Source of the DNA: an uncultured virus (IMG/VR IMGVR_UViG_3300020048_000097)
Lineage: Duplodnaviria; Heunggongvirae; Uroviricota; Caudoviricetes
Direction: 5' to 3' (one strand)
Virus record (IMG/VR): IMGVR_UViG_3300020048_000097
Length of the DNA stretch: 64,000 nt
The notes under the pieces were generated by a model. It saw only the letters and a program-made list of their open reading frames with translations, was not told the DNA's origin and searched no databases. Shown here piece by piece: positions 27,944 through 38,779 of the stretch (the first letter of the stretch is position 1; each line of letters begins with the position of its first letter). Made by a program: the position numbers and the translations under genes.

Positions 27944-30097
27944 TTATAATTTACCTTTTCCGAATTTTTTAACAATATCACTTAGTGTATTGGTAACATT
28001 TGCTGTGTTGTTTTTATAGACACTTGGAAAGGTTCCATACTTCTGAACAATGGAACTCAATGGATTACCAGTTGGTTTCATAGGATTTTTAAATGGGTTT
28101 AAAATATTATTAAATCCTGCTAATGCACTTGATACATCTTCTCCTATAAAATTAAATAATTCATTTCTAACATCGAAAAATATACCAAAACTTGCAGGTG
28201 AATATGGTTTAGGATAAATATTTTTAGGTTCAGTTGGTAGACCACCTAAACCTAATGAGTTTCTTATTTTATTTAAAGTGTTATTTAAAAGTGCGGTTCT
28301 ATTTGTTATTTGTTGATTTATTTCTTTAATTGCAAAGTTTGCTGCTTTTTTTGCTGCTTTTTTTGCTGCGGTTTTTGAAGCCTCTTTAAATTTATCAAGA
28401 CCACTTGGATTTGTGTCTTTTGTTTTCTCTGAACTACCAGGTGATTGTTCTTCACCTGTTGCTTCATCTCCTTTTGCTTCTGCAGATTTACTACCCACAA
28501 CACCAGTTACATCATTAGCAACGACCGATTCATCTTTAACAATTTTCTCATCTTTAACAACTGAATAGTCTTCCAATATAAGTGCGGTATTTACACCATT
28601 TTCACCAAATGCATTCGTATCTTTAGTATAGAACATTGGCACTGATGTATCAATTATATTACCATTATTTCCACCAACTGCGTTTGTCTCCGCGGTTCTA
28701 GATGCTCTTGTTCCTTTATTACCTATTTTCCAAATAGCACCATTGTTGTAACCTATGTATGTTCCAAATTTAACTGGATCTGCTACCCATTTTTCGAATT
28801 TACTTGTAGAATATTTATAGTCAAAGTTTACTTCAAGCATAGAATATGGTTGAATATTACCCATATCTATTGCGTCATCGTGCGGTGCTTTATCAAAATA
28901 AAATTGACATTCTTTTAGTGAATATATATGTCTTGAAACATTATCTTTTATTACTTGTAGACTTCCGGTAGATATACTATTGGCATCTACGGCTTTTCTT
29001 ACTCTATTGAAATTTCTACACTCGGAAACGATTATATCACAGTTGAATCTAAGTAGATTTTCAGGTATCATACTCTTACCATTTGGTTTTGACCAATAAA
29101 GTAATTTATATAAATGTGTAAGAGCACTAAGTGTACCACTAACATCTTCATTGAATGATAATTTAATAGTATCTTTGCCATAATCAACTAAATATTTATA
29201 TTCTGTTGATGTATTTGCCTCAACAAGTTTATTTAATCCATCTATTTTTTGTAAATAGTGTGATAAATATGCTACTTTACCACCTCTTCTCATACCATCA
29301 CTTGATTGTATATCAGAGTTTGCATATATATTAAGTGAGTTAGAATTTGAGTTTGCATCACTCATTAATTTATATCCTGACTTATTAAATTTAACTCTAC
29401 CTTTTGTTTTAAATAGTTTGACAAATTGAGTTTTAAAATCTTCATAAACTATGTTTCTTGCTTGTAATTCTGCTACATTTGGATATGATCTAAGAAAGTC
29501 TTCTATTGATCCGTTAAGTAAAGGTGAACTAACCGAATCTATAATAATTTGGAAGCCATAAATAACAGGATCTTGATTCTCAAAATCACTTTCTTTAAAG
29601 TTATCTAATCTTATTGATTTAGTTTTATCACTATTGGTAAATGCATATCTATCATTTTCACCACTTTGGAATGGTGTTTTCCCAGCAATTTGTAGATTGT
29701 GTGAAAAGTAATCTGTGGAACTATCATTAAATCTTAATAAAGTATCTCTCTTACTAAATGGTTTACCATCTTGTGTATTTTTATTACTTTCATTGAATCT
29801 TTCTTCAATTGTAATTGATTTCATAAGAGAATGCTCATTTGAGTCAATGTGTGCCTTTATTAAATCACCATACCAACCATTTGGTGCACTTGTTGTTGCT
29901 GCTAAATAGATTTCATTAGGTGTGAAACCTGGTACAAATCTTTTATCACCCGCTTTTTGTGCAACTAAACTCTTACCATCTGATTTTTGATAACCGCTTT
30001 TATTAATTTGTATATGATCACCAGTACCACCACTAACAATTTTATTACCAAAACTTATATTACCTTTTTTAAACCATTGTCTTTTACCATCTGCCAT
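27944..30097 (-). CDS. Putative tail-tube-related baseplate protein
   Basis: Large late gene in the baseplate cluster. Fold assignment is tentative. Confidence 0.45.
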   Translation of the reverse strand: MADGKRQWFKKGNISFGNKIVSGGTGDHIQINKSGYQKSDGKSLVAQKAGDKRFVPGFTPNEIYLAATTSAPNGWYGDLIKAHIDSNEHSLMKSITIEERFNESNKNTQDGKPFSKRDTLLRFNDSSTDYFSHNLQIAGKTPFQSGENDRYAFTNSDKTKSIRLDNFKESDFENQDPVIYGFQIIIDSVSSPLLNGSIEDFLRSYPNVAELQARNIVYEDFKTQFVKLFKTKGRVKFNKSGYKLMSDANSNSNSLNIYANSDIQSSDGMRRGGKVAYLSHYLQKIDGLNKLVEANTSTEYKYLVDYGKDTIKLSFNEDVSGTLSALTHLYKLLYWSKPNGKSMIPENLLRFNCDIIVSECRNFNRVRKAVDANSISTGSLQVIKDNVSRHIYSLKECQFYFDKAPHDDAIDMGNIQPYSMLEVNFDYKYSTSKFEKWVADPVKFGTYIGYNNGAIWKIGNKGTRASRTAETNAVGGNNGNIIDTSVPMFYTKDTNAFGENGVNTALILEDYSVVKDEKIVKDESVVANDVTGVVGSKSAEAKGDEATGEEQSPGSSEKTKDTNPSGLDKFKEASKTAAKKAAKKAANFAIKEINQQITNRTALLNNTLNKIRNSLGLGGLPTEPKNIYPKPYSPASFGIFFDVRNELFNFIGEDVSSALAGFNNILNPFKNPMKPTGNPLSSIVQKYGTFPSVYKNNTANVTNTLSDIVKKFGKGKL

Positions 30098-30137
30098 AAT
30101 CTATATATTAAACCAATACTTCCGTGTATTGTGATTT

Positions 30138-31763
30138 TTATTTTTTCCTGTCCGGACCAAGATAATCTTTGTATAATTTTTCCACATAAGAAAATGATCT
30201 TCCTCTACCACCTGTTGAATCTGCAACTATTTCATCAAATGATTTTGAAAAACCTGCATTAGCATGGTAGAATGCACCGGTTGCATCTTTTAAACTTTTA
30301 AATGAGTTTATGTCCGTAAAATTATATTTTGATTTAATATTCTTTGATGCATCTGAAAAGTTTGATTTAAAATATTCAACTAGACATTTTGCGGCAACAT
30401 CTACGGTATTTAAAAGATCTGGATCACCAACTATATCATGTCCTGATAATTTTTTATATGCTACATAGTTACCTTTAAATGTAATTTGGTTAAATCCTCT
30501 TCCTCTATATTTATATCCTTCATCGGGACCATTATCAAATCTACTACCATATATTATATCAAAGAATTTCTTTGCATCTTTCTTTATTTTATCAACCTCT
30601 GTATCTGTATATTTTCTAAATTTTTTAAATACAGATTTTATATGAGATGCTGCTGTTCCGGAATATGATGCTTCAGATTGAGGAACCAAACCACTTTCTT
30701 TTTTACAAATAGCCAACATAGCAGCAATTGAATATCCATTTGTTATACCTGAATCTTTTGCAACTTTTATTATTGCTTTTATATTTTTATCCTGATTTTT
30801 TGAAATAGGATATTTAGCACCATTGTCTGTTGATAAACTATCATCTGGATTTTCAGGATCATATCCTTTTATACTATTCGCTGATTCTTGACTTATTTCA
30901 CCATTTGGTTCTAAAAATACCAATTCTTCTTCCATACCTGAAAAATTCTCATCAGTGTATTCAGAATCTAATTCTACGAGTTCGTCACTATAAGGTGTTA
31001 ATATTCTGATTATTTCCGGATCATTTGGATCTTCTTTTTTAACCACGCTTAATTCACCTAGATCAACTATTGTTCCATCTGGTAGAGAAACTAGATTTCC
31101 ATTATTACCACTAGTTATTACAAATGTGTTTTCCTTTTTAACGCTAAAATTGAAATCACATTGTAATTTTATAGGTGGTGGTATAACAACTGGTGGTACA
31201 ACAGTCGGTTCTATTATTTTTTCTGGTGGTGGTGTAGTTTTTACTATGTTATCATCTGGTTTTATAGGCTCTCCGGGTGGACCTGGTATAAAGTCAACAA
31301 ATACTGTTGGATCCCAAGGATCTTGTATTATAGACCAAGGACCTTCAGTAGTAAAGTCTCTTTTTATTCGATTATTAATATATTCAAGTTGTTTATTACT
31401 ATCTAATTCAAATGCGTCTAGTTCTTTTTTTGATAAATTAGGATCTATTGAATTTGGACGATCAGTGTCTACTCTTAAATATTTACCTATTTTACCGGGT
31501 ATAGGTGGATCGTTTCTTTTTATTGTTTCATTATCTTCCTCAAAATTGTCAATAATATATGTTCCGGTTCTGAATGAATCTTTATCTATTCTTACTAATG
31601 CATATATTATAATTTTTGTGAATGTTGCACCAGAAACTCCCTTTTTGCTAAAATATGATCCTGGACTATCGAGTCTAACGGCTCTAATAACTTTAAAGTA
31701 TTTACTTTGTGAACTACTTTCAAAAGAGTCTTTAAAGTATTCAGTTGGTGTTAAATTATTCAT
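30138..31763 (-). CDS. Tail-associated GH19 lysozyme/chitinase-fold hydrolase
   Basis: KESGL...E and GYKYRGRGFNQITFKGNY motifs. Confidence 0.8.
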   Translation of the reverse strand: MNNLTPTEYFKDSFESSSQSKYFKVIRAVRLDSPGSYFSKKGVSGATFTKIIIYALVRIDKDSFRTGTYIIDNFEEDNETIKRNDPPIPGKIGKYLRVDTDRPNSIDPNLSKKELDAFELDSNKQLEYINNRIKRDFTTEGPWSIIQDPWDPTVFVDFIPGPPGEPIKPDDNIVKTTPPPEKIIEPTVVPPVVIPPPIKLQCDFNFSVKKENTFVITSGNNGNLVSLPDGTIVDLGELSVVKKEDPNDPEIIRILTPYSDELVELDSEYTDENFSGMEEELVFLEPNGEISQESANSIKGYDPENPDDSLSTDNGAKYPISKNQDKNIKAIIKVAKDSGITNGYSIAAMLAICKKESGLVPQSEASYSGTAASHIKSVFKKFRKYTDTEVDKIKKDAKKFFDIIYGSRFDNGPDEGYKYRGRGFNQITFKGNYVAYKKLSGHDIVGDPDLLNTVDVAAKCLVEYFKSNFSDASKNIKSKYNFTDINSFKSLKDATGAFYHANAGFSKSFDEIVADSTGGRGRSFSYVEKLYKDYLGPDRKK

Positions 31764-31771
31764 ATCTATTA

Positions 31772-34465
31772 TTATTTTGTTGGTGTAACTACGGTGCTAT
31801 TAGTTACCTCACTTGATGTCAATCCAATTGGTTCGGTGGAAGTTTTTATTGAAGTTAATTGTCCAAATATACCATTTCCGTCATCGGTTTTTGCTTTAAT
31901 TAAGATTAAGTATTCTTCACCTTTGCTATCTTTAACTCTATATATATCACCTAAATCATAAACACTGTTAGGTTCTACTGGATCAGGATTAGTATTTACT
32001 TTATCGTTATTTTCATCTTTTTTCTCAACTGGTTGATCTTGTGCAATCTCATCTTTTGTTTTACCTAATTCTTTTCTTATTAGTATTATTTCTTGTGTAA
32101 ATACTTTTTTTGTTCCTCCTTCTGTGTTAAATTTAAAAACTATATCTGATATTATCCAATCACCTGATTGTCTCCATAATATTCTTTCTATATCTGTAAC
32201 ACTTGTTTGTGTATTTATAACACTAACATTTATTTTTTGAAGTTTATAAAGGTTTAAATTATGTGATGATAAAACTAATTTCATTTGTAATTTATTTAAA
32301 TCATCAAGATTTCTTTGATTTAAAATAGGTGCATATAAATAATTTTTATGAACATTATCTAAATCCATTTTACCCATATACTTTGTTGTTACGTTGTTAT
32401 TAAATGCATCTTTATCATATTTTGATCCTTTTAATATTAATGACTTAGAACCATCTGATGTAAATGCATCTATGTTAAAAACTTGCATAGTTTTTTTTGA
32501 TCTATCATAACTTTTGATTATTGTTGTGTTACCATTTTTCATTGCTAACTCAGTTGCATTATTTTGTGTTGTGTACTGACTAAAATAAAAACAACTTTTA
32601 TTCATAGATGGCTCATTTATCAATTGTAATTTAACAACTTTAGAAACGGTGTCTACTTTATCAACTCCTGTTTCAACCCCTACATCCTTTGATGTATCTC
32701 TAACCGATTCTTTCTCAACATCAACATAATTAAAGCAATAATAATAATCTATATAACCTGCCATAAAAGAAGTATCTGAAATGTATGAATGTTTTACTAT
32801 TTCGGATATAGATTCAAAGTTTTTTTTACCATTGAATTTCCAAGTCATACTATCATTTGTGTTCAATATGTTTGAATTAAATCCTAGTCCAATTTCCTTA
32901 CATAAATTTCTTATTACTTCAAATGATGTACCCATCATAGTTGTATATTTTATTCTATATAATAAATCAACATCTAATGCTCCTTCAATAGCATAAAGTC
33001 CACCACCCATATCTTTAAATACCTCGACTTTGAACTTTAAATGTATAGATTTTAAATTATTTGATTTTGCATTTATGAAAACCTCAAATTTTGAATCTTC
33101 TTGTGGTGCACCAACCGTTTTCATTAAATTTTGTGAATCAATAAAGGTCATTTTACATTTAGGTACAATACCATCATGATATATTTTCAGATTTTCTACA
33201 TCTCTATCTTGTATAGGACTTCCCATATAATTTACAAATGGCATAGCACCAATAGAATCAGCCACTAATCCGGCATTGGCATCATTAACTTTCTTATCAA
33301 ATTCCATAGGTGGGAGTTTTATAGTTGGTTGATCAATTTGTGCTATTATAGGTCGGTTACCACTTATAACTTCTTCTTTTCCTCTAGATTCATCTTGTGG
33401 TATTACGTCTGGTTCGGGTGTAACTTTTATTTTAAATTCAGTTGGTTCTGTATCTGGCGATGTACTTGTAACTGATATAACATAATCACCCGGTTGATCA
33501 AATTGAATATCTTTAAAAATTGAAAATCCACCTACAATATCTTTTTCTGTTTCACCGATAATTGAACCTGGTCCACTTTTAACTTTAAGTATTATTTTAC
33601 CACTAACATTTATAGGATCTATCTTTATATTTTTAACTGGTTCTAATGGTTGAGGATCTGGAGTTGATTGTGATCCTGTTATTAAATTATTTTTACTTTC
33701 ATTTATAGATTCTATTAATGCATCATATAATGTGCTTGTTTTTGACCAAGGATTTTCAATAAAAAGCCAAAAAGTACCACCATAATAATTTTGTAAAATT
33801 GGATATTCTCTTGATACTATATCTATTATGCCTATATCACTATGTGAGTATGATGCTTTACCATCAATGCCACCATACCAATAATCATCTGGTGTTGTTG
33901 TGGTCCATTTGGTTAGTATATAGTTACTTTGAAATTTTTCTAATATTACTTCTAATACCTTTTTTGAGAACTTTTCACCTGTTGATTTTGCAATTTTATA
34001 TTTATTATAAACTTGTATATTATCATGTTTTGATCTCAACTCTTTATAAATTGGTTCCTGTGTGGTATCTGAAGTTATTTTCTCTTTTAATGATTGTGGT
34101 ACATTAAAATCTGAACCGCTTCCACCAACTGGACTAACTCTTCTATTCTTTTCATTTTCACCAGTTACAAGATCAATATATTCACTATATGATGTATTGA
34201 CATCCTTTTCATTATAAAATACTGAACCATATTCTATATTAAAAAGCCATTTATAGAATTCGCCATACGTTTTTATATTTGGTTTATCAGGAAAGAAATC
34301 TCTTGGCCAAACCTTATCACCTACGTTACCATCATATGATTCTGTTCTAGTTATTGCAGTATTGTATGTATCAATAAAACTTTTATAATCAGTTTCATAT
34401 TTTGTGAATTGCGAATTGAAAAAATCATCACATTCTTTAATTAGTTTATCTAATTTTTCGGACAT
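31772..34465 (-). CDS. Putative baseplate hub protein (gp27-like C-terminal half)
   Basis: TSFEVIRNLCKEIGLGF.SN, YIDYYY.FNYV and SG.W.I..I patterns, plus cluster context. Confidence 0.5.
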   Translation of the reverse strand: MSEKLDKLIKECDDFFNSQFTKYETDYKSFIDTYNTAITRTESYDGNVGDKVWPRDFFPDKPNIKTYGEFYKWLFNIEYGSVFYNEKDVNTSYSEYIDLVTGENEKNRRVSPVGGSGSDFNVPQSLKEKITSDTTQEPIYKELRSKHDNIQVYNKYKIAKSTGEKFSKKVLEVILEKFQSNYILTKWTTTTPDDYWYGGIDGKASYSHSDIGIIDIVSREYPILQNYYGGTFWLFIENPWSKTSTLYDALIESINESKNNLITGSQSTPDPQPLEPVKNIKIDPINVSGKIILKVKSGPGSIIGETEKDIVGGFSIFKDIQFDQPGDYVISVTSTSPDTEPTEFKIKVTPEPDVIPQDESRGKEEVISGNRPIIAQIDQPTIKLPPMEFDKKVNDANAGLVADSIGAMPFVNYMGSPIQDRDVENLKIYHDGIVPKCKMTFIDSQNLMKTVGAPQEDSKFEVFINAKSNNLKSIHLKFKVEVFKDMGGGLYAIEGALDVDLLYRIKYTTMMGTSFEVIRNLCKEIGLGFNSNILNTNDSMTWKFNGKKNFESISEIVKHSYISDTSFMAGYIDYYYCFNYVDVEKESVRDTSKDVGVETGVDKVDTVSKVVKLQLINEPSMNKSCFYFSQYTTQNNATELAMKNGNTTIIKSYDRSKKTMQVFNIDAFTSDGSKSLILKGSKYDKDAFNNNVTTKYMGKMDLDNVHKNYLYAPILNQRNLDDLNKLQMKLVLSSHNLNLYKLQKINVSVINTQTSVTDIERILWRQSGDWIISDIVFKFNTEGGTKKVFTQEIILIRKELGKTKDEIAQDQPVEKKDENNDKVNTNPDPVEPNSVYDLGDIYRVKDSKGEEYLILIKAKTDDGNGIFGQLTSIKTSTEPIGLTSSEVTNSTVVTPTK

Positions 34466-34519
34466 TTTTAGTTATAAGGTTTATTAACTATATATAAAAA
34501 ATATGATCTTGTATGATAT

Positions 34520-36127
34520 TTATAGGTTTAATTTTAGTATTTTATAAGGATATTTTCTTTTAATATAAAAACCTTCTCTTTCTTTATAGTGTTTATAAAG
34601 AGCATTATTCATATCATTTGGATCAAATATATCAACGATGTCAAATATATTTACTTTATCTTTATCTGAGTGTAAACGAAGTCCACGACCAATCGATTGT
34701 ATAATAATCTGTTCTGATTTAAAAGAATCCGCGAAAATAACATTGAATATTGCATTTATACTTACACCGGTTGATAAAGTACCAAAAGAAGCAACTAGAA
34801 CTCTAACTTTACCATCAGTTACTTCCATTTGTTTTTTAATCTCTTCTCTTTTTCTACCACTTATTTCACCATCAATATAATAAAACTCTTTATCTGTTAT
34901 TTCGGATTGTAATTTTTCAAAAATTCTTTTACCATTATCAATTGTATGAAAAAGTAAAAGTGTATTATTCTTACATTTATCTACTAAACTTTTTATGAAG
35001 CCTAATCTTTTATCAGATTGATGAATATACATTTTTTCAAAGTCGAATGCTGCTTTACCATCACCACCTTTTCTAACTATTTTAAGTCTTTCACTAAATT
35101 CTGAATCATTATGATTTAAAACAACAACTCTAATTTCCATAGGTGTTATAATACCTTTCTTTTTTAATTCATCAGCACTTACTTCTGTAATCTTAGGTCC
35201 TAATACTGATTGAATAGTAAGTATTTCACAACTTTCTTCTAATGGAAATGTACCAGAAACACCAAATCTGCAGTATGCTTTACCAAATGTATATTCTAGA
35301 ATAGTAGTAATTGTTTTTGCCTTAGCACCGTGAGCTTCATCGGTAGCGATTGTGTGAAATTTTTGAAAGAAATCTTTTGGCCATTTTTCAAGTGATTGAT
35401 ATGTACCAATATAAATGTTTGGGTTTTCTGTTCCTGAGAATTTTCTTGGTCTATCTGACATTACTTCTTCTACTCTTGTTACACAAGGTATGTGACCAGA
35501 TGATAATTCCGTTGTGTTCTTTTCCTTCATTTCGAGAAGGTTGTTGATACCATAATTATATTCAAGTATGTTATCATAGAATTGTGTTACAAGTGTAATA
35601 GAAGGTACTATAATAAGTATTTTAGCATCTTCTTTTATATTCTTAAATGTATAAAACATAACAATTGATATGATCAAAGATTTACCACCTGATGTAGCAA
35701 CCTCAGCCATACAAAATCTATTTTTAAGTATCTTATATGCTGCTTCTATTTGATGATCATATGGTGTAAAAGGAACCCACTCGCCTTCTTTTGTTCTAAC
35801 TCTATGTGTTTTGAAAAAGTCTTTACAAAAATCTTGTACTTTTTCTAGTGTTACATCTCTATTAATAGGAAAGTCTTCTTTATTTTCTAATATAAAAGGC
35901 ATTTCGATTTCTTTACAACCTCTCATTGCTTCTTTCCATAAACCGATGTTTATTCTACCATTCTTAAAATGAGAAATATTACCATCCCATATACCTGCTT
36001 TAACTAGCGGATGAAATTTCCAGCCCTTAGTTTTTCTAGTAAGCCATAATTCCATTTGGTGATATTCTATTCGAGTTGCTTCCGAAACAACTATTTCTTC
36101 TGTCTGTTTATCGTACCTAAACTTCAT
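34520..36127 (-). CDS. uvsW: UvsW-like SF2 DNA helicase
   Basis: ATSGGKS, DEAH, SGT and QSIGRGLR motifs. Confidence 0.9.
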   Translation of the reverse strand: MKFRYDKQTEEIVVSEATRIEYHQMELWLTRKTKGWKFHPLVKAGIWDGNISHFKNGRINIGLWKEAMRGCKEIEMPFILENKEDFPINRDVTLEKVQDFCKDFFKTHRVRTKEGEWVPFTPYDHQIEAAYKILKNRFCMAEVATSGGKSLIISIVMFYTFKNIKEDAKILIIVPSITLVTQFYDNILEYNYGINNLLEMKEKNTTELSSGHIPCVTRVEEVMSDRPRKFSGTENPNIYIGTYQSLEKWPKDFFQKFHTIATDEAHGAKAKTITTILEYTFGKAYCRFGVSGTFPLEESCEILTIQSVLGPKITEVSADELKKKGIITPMEIRVVVLNHNDSEFSERLKIVRKGGDGKAAFDFEKMYIHQSDKRLGFIKSLVDKCKNNTLLLFHTIDNGKRIFEKLQSEITDKEFYYIDGEISGRKREEIKKQMEVTDGKVRVLVASFGTLSTGVSINAIFNVIFADSFKSEQIIIQSIGRGLRLHSDKDKVNIFDIVDIFDPNDMNNALYKHYKEREGFYIKRKYPYKILKLNL

Positions 36128-36245
36128 TTCATGTTATATATAAAAATGTCGTAAATGTTTATTTTTCAATAAAGTAAATTTTTTTACGGTTTTTTATAGT
36201 GGAAAACTAAACAAATAGATATATACAGAAAAAATAAATATAATT

Positions 36246-36581
36246 ATGAGTTTAATATCATGGATTAAAAATCTTTTTACAAAAGAAGAAGCAGTAAAAG
36301 CAGAAGTAAAAGTTGTTTCTGAAGAAATTGCGGTTGTGGAAGAGGTTAAAGAGGTTGTAGAAAAAGTTGCAGAAGTTGCAAAAGAAGAACCTACTAAAAA
36401 AATCGAAGAAAGATTAGCAGAAGTTGCTAAGGAAGAAAAAGTAACGGCAAAAGAAATCAAAGCGAAAGCTAAGAGACCTACAAAAGCAAAAACTGAAACA
36501 CCAGTTGCTGAGGTTAAACCAGCAAAGGTAACTCCTAAGCCACGCAGAAAACCTGCTGCTAAAAAACCAAAAGGAGAATAA
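36246..36581 (+). CDS. Low-complexity Glu/Lys/Ala/Pro-rich protein with basic tail
   Basis: ORF with promoter-like motif upstream and terminator downstream. Confidence 0.7.
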   Translation: MSLISWIKNLFTKEEAVKAEVKVVSEEIAVVEEVKEVVEKVAEVAKEEPTKKIEERLAEVAKEEKVTAKEIKAKAKRPTKAKTETPVAEVKPAKVTPKPRRKPAAKKPKGE

Positions 36582-36597
36582 TAATTCTTACTAAAAT

Positions 36598-36627
36598 AAA
36601 AAGCCACTCAATTGAGTGGCTTTTTTT
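36598..36627. terminator. Bidirectional terminator
   Basis: AAAAAGCCACTCAATTGAGTGGCTTTTTTT. Confidence 0.85.
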
Positions 36628-36628
36628 A

Positions 36629-37291
36629 TTAACTTGATTTCCATCTAAAAGATGGATTAAATATATCTATCTCTATTACTAGGTTCTCAATTTGATTTAT
36701 GTTTTCTAAGGCACTTAGATATAACCATTGATCGATATCTATTTTACCACCACCATATTTTTCCTTAGAAAATTTTCCTTTTCTTACATGATCTCCTTTG
36801 TATGTTACATTTATCTCAAAATCTGTTGGATGATCAACTCCTTCCAACATCCAAAGTTTACCATAAACACCTTTTAAATCATTTACAAAGTTATCAAATG
36901 ATGTGTAGTTGAAATCCGACATATATACATTATATTCACCAGTTTCTATAATAGGTGTGTAATGTTTTTTATGACAATTATCTGATAGTTCTTGTACATA
37001 ATCATCTATATCATCTTTTGTAGTATCTATATCAAACATTTTGAAAAATAAATTTGGATCTTTTTTAATTTCCGGTTTTCTTTTACTTACATAATCTTGA
37101 TTAATAGATCTAACTAAGTTTAATAAATTATCCATTGTATATTTCTGGAATAAAGTTGGAGAAACAGCAAACATAGTATCTATTAATGGTTGAACTTTGC
37201 TATCCCAAAATTCTTTATTTACTGCAGGATGAGGTTTAAATTTTTTCTCATCATAATCATAAGATTCGGTTATTTGTGAAAATTTCTTCAT
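36629..37291 (-). CDS. Hypothetical protein with MKKFSQITES motif
   Basis: ORF, TAATATATA upstream. Confidence 0.75.
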   Translation of the reverse strand: MKKFSQITESYDYDEKKFKPHPAVNKEFWDSKVQPLIDTMFAVSPTLFQKYTMDNLLNLVRSINQDYVSKRKPEIKKDPNLFFKMFDIDTTKDDIDDYVQELSDNCHKKHYTPIIETGEYNVYMSDFNYTSFDNFVNDLKGVYGKLWMLEGVDHPTDFEINVTYKGDHVRKGKFSKEKYGGGKIDIDQWLYLSALENINQIENLVIEIDIFNPSFRWKSS

Positions 37292-37321
37292 TAATTATAT
37301 ATTAAATAAAAAACCTCATTT

Positions 37322-38317
37322 TTAAATGAGGTTTAATTTAAATGTTCCGAATTCTTCTTTAATTAATTCTGCTAATTCTAATCCTATTCGATCTTGTGCT
37401 TCGATTGTCGCTGCTCCAATGTGTGGAGTAGTTGCAATTTTAGGATGGTTTAGAAGTGCTCGATTTGGGTTTGGTTCATCTTCAAATACATCCAATGCTA
37501 TTCCTCCAACTTGTCCACTTTCTAGTGCAAATATTAAATCATCTTCATTAACAACACCGCCTCTTGCGGCATTTACTATTAAAGTGCCTTTTTTCATTAA
37601 ATTGAATTCTCTCTCGTTGATAACAGAATCACCATTTTCCTGTTTAGGTATATGAACAGATATTAAATCACACTTAGGTAATAATTCATCAATACTTGTA
37701 GTTGTTTTAATTTTTATACCGATTTTATTATGAACATCTTGTCCTTCTGATGTTGTCCAAGGTAGTTCAATTTCAATATTTTCATATCTTTCTTCAATAT
37801 CAACTGCTAAAACTTTGATACCCATACCAATTGCATAACTTGCTAAGGATTGACCAATTCTTCCGAATCCAATTATACCTAATGTTTTACCTCTAAGTTC
37901 AGTACCTTTTGAATATCTTTTCTTTAAAAAGTTGAAGTCTAGTTTATTCATATTTTTTGAAGAGTCGTGTAATGATCTAGATAGTGAGAAAAATTGACCC
38001 ATTACTAATTCAGCAACTGATTGGGATGAAGATGCTGGTGTGTTAATAACTTTAATACCTCTTTCTCTTGCATATGATACAGATATATTATCCATACCTA
38101 CACCACCTCTACCGATTAGTTTAAGATTAGGACAATTATCTATAATATCCTCTCTTATTTGTGTAGCACTTCTAACAAGAACTATTTCATAATTCTCTTC
38201 GTTTATTTTATTTATAAGATCTTCTTGTTCGACCTTTTCGGTTACTACGATATAACCTGCATTTTCTAATGCACTTTTACCTTCTGGTGAAATACCATCA
38301 TTTGCTAATATCTTCAT
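37322..38317 (-). CDS. serA: D-3-phosphoglycerate dehydrogenase / D-2-hydroxyacid dehydrogenase
   Basis: VRSAT, GVGMDNI, GFGRIG, NAARGG, LDVF..EP and TPHIGA motifs. Confidence 0.88.
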   Translation of the reverse strand: MKILANDGISPEGKSALENAGYIVVTEKVEQEDLINKINEENYEIVLVRSATQIREDIIDNCPNLKLIGRGGVGMDNISVSYARERGIKVINTPASSSQSVAELVMGQFFSLSRSLHDSSKNMNKLDFNFLKKRYSKGTELRGKTLGIIGFGRIGQSLASYAIGMGIKVLAVDIEERYENIEIELPWTTSEGQDVHNKIGIKIKTTTSIDELLPKCDLISVHIPKQENGDSVINEREFNLMKKGTLIVNAARGGVVNEDDLIFALESGQVGGIALDVFEDEPNPNRALLNHPKIATTPHIGAATIEAQDRIGLELAELIKEEFGTFKLNLI

Positions 38318-38326
38318 TTTTATTTT

Positions 38327-38779
38327 TTATTTTTTTAATATGCTATCTATTTTATTATCTCTTTCGATAATCTTTTTAGCAATTTCATCTTCAATTATAG
38401 CGTATCTAAGATTAAAACCTCCTTGAAAAGACATACTATTTTTTGATATAGAATAAAATGCTATACATTCATATTCTTCTATATTATTAATTTTTATAAT
38501 AGCGTCTTCTATTGAATTATATGAGTATGTGTCTGTTTTATAATTTTTAGAATATACTTTACCATTTTCTTTGTATAAGAATTCAAATGCTGGTGAGGTT
38601 GCTATATAAAGTGTTTTTTCTTGAATACCTTCAAATAATTCTGTTAATTCATCGATACTTGTATGTGAGTCTATAAAAATAGAAGATGATATAGAACTCA
38701 AAGTCGAATTATAGTTAATATGATGTTCAATCAAAGTTTTAATTCTATCTTCTTTATTTAGATCTCTTAAATTAGTCAT
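38327..38779 (-). CDS. Hypothetical protein with RDNKIDSIL motif
   Basis: ORF, recurring motif. Confidence 0.7.
   Translation of the reverse strand: MTNLRDLNKEDRIKTLIEHHINYNSTLSSISSSIFIDSHTSIDELTELFEGIQEKTLYIATSPAFEFLYKENGKVYSKNYKTDTYSYNSIEDAIIKINNIEEYECIAFYSISKNSMSFQGGFNLRYAIIEDEIAKKIIERDNKIDSILKK

Noticed and set aside
31126..36607. Long antisense ORFs 31126-31788 and 36194-36607, and similar overlapping ORFs in the track
   Set aside because: They lie opposite well-supported genes and have the composition expected of reverse-frame shadows.
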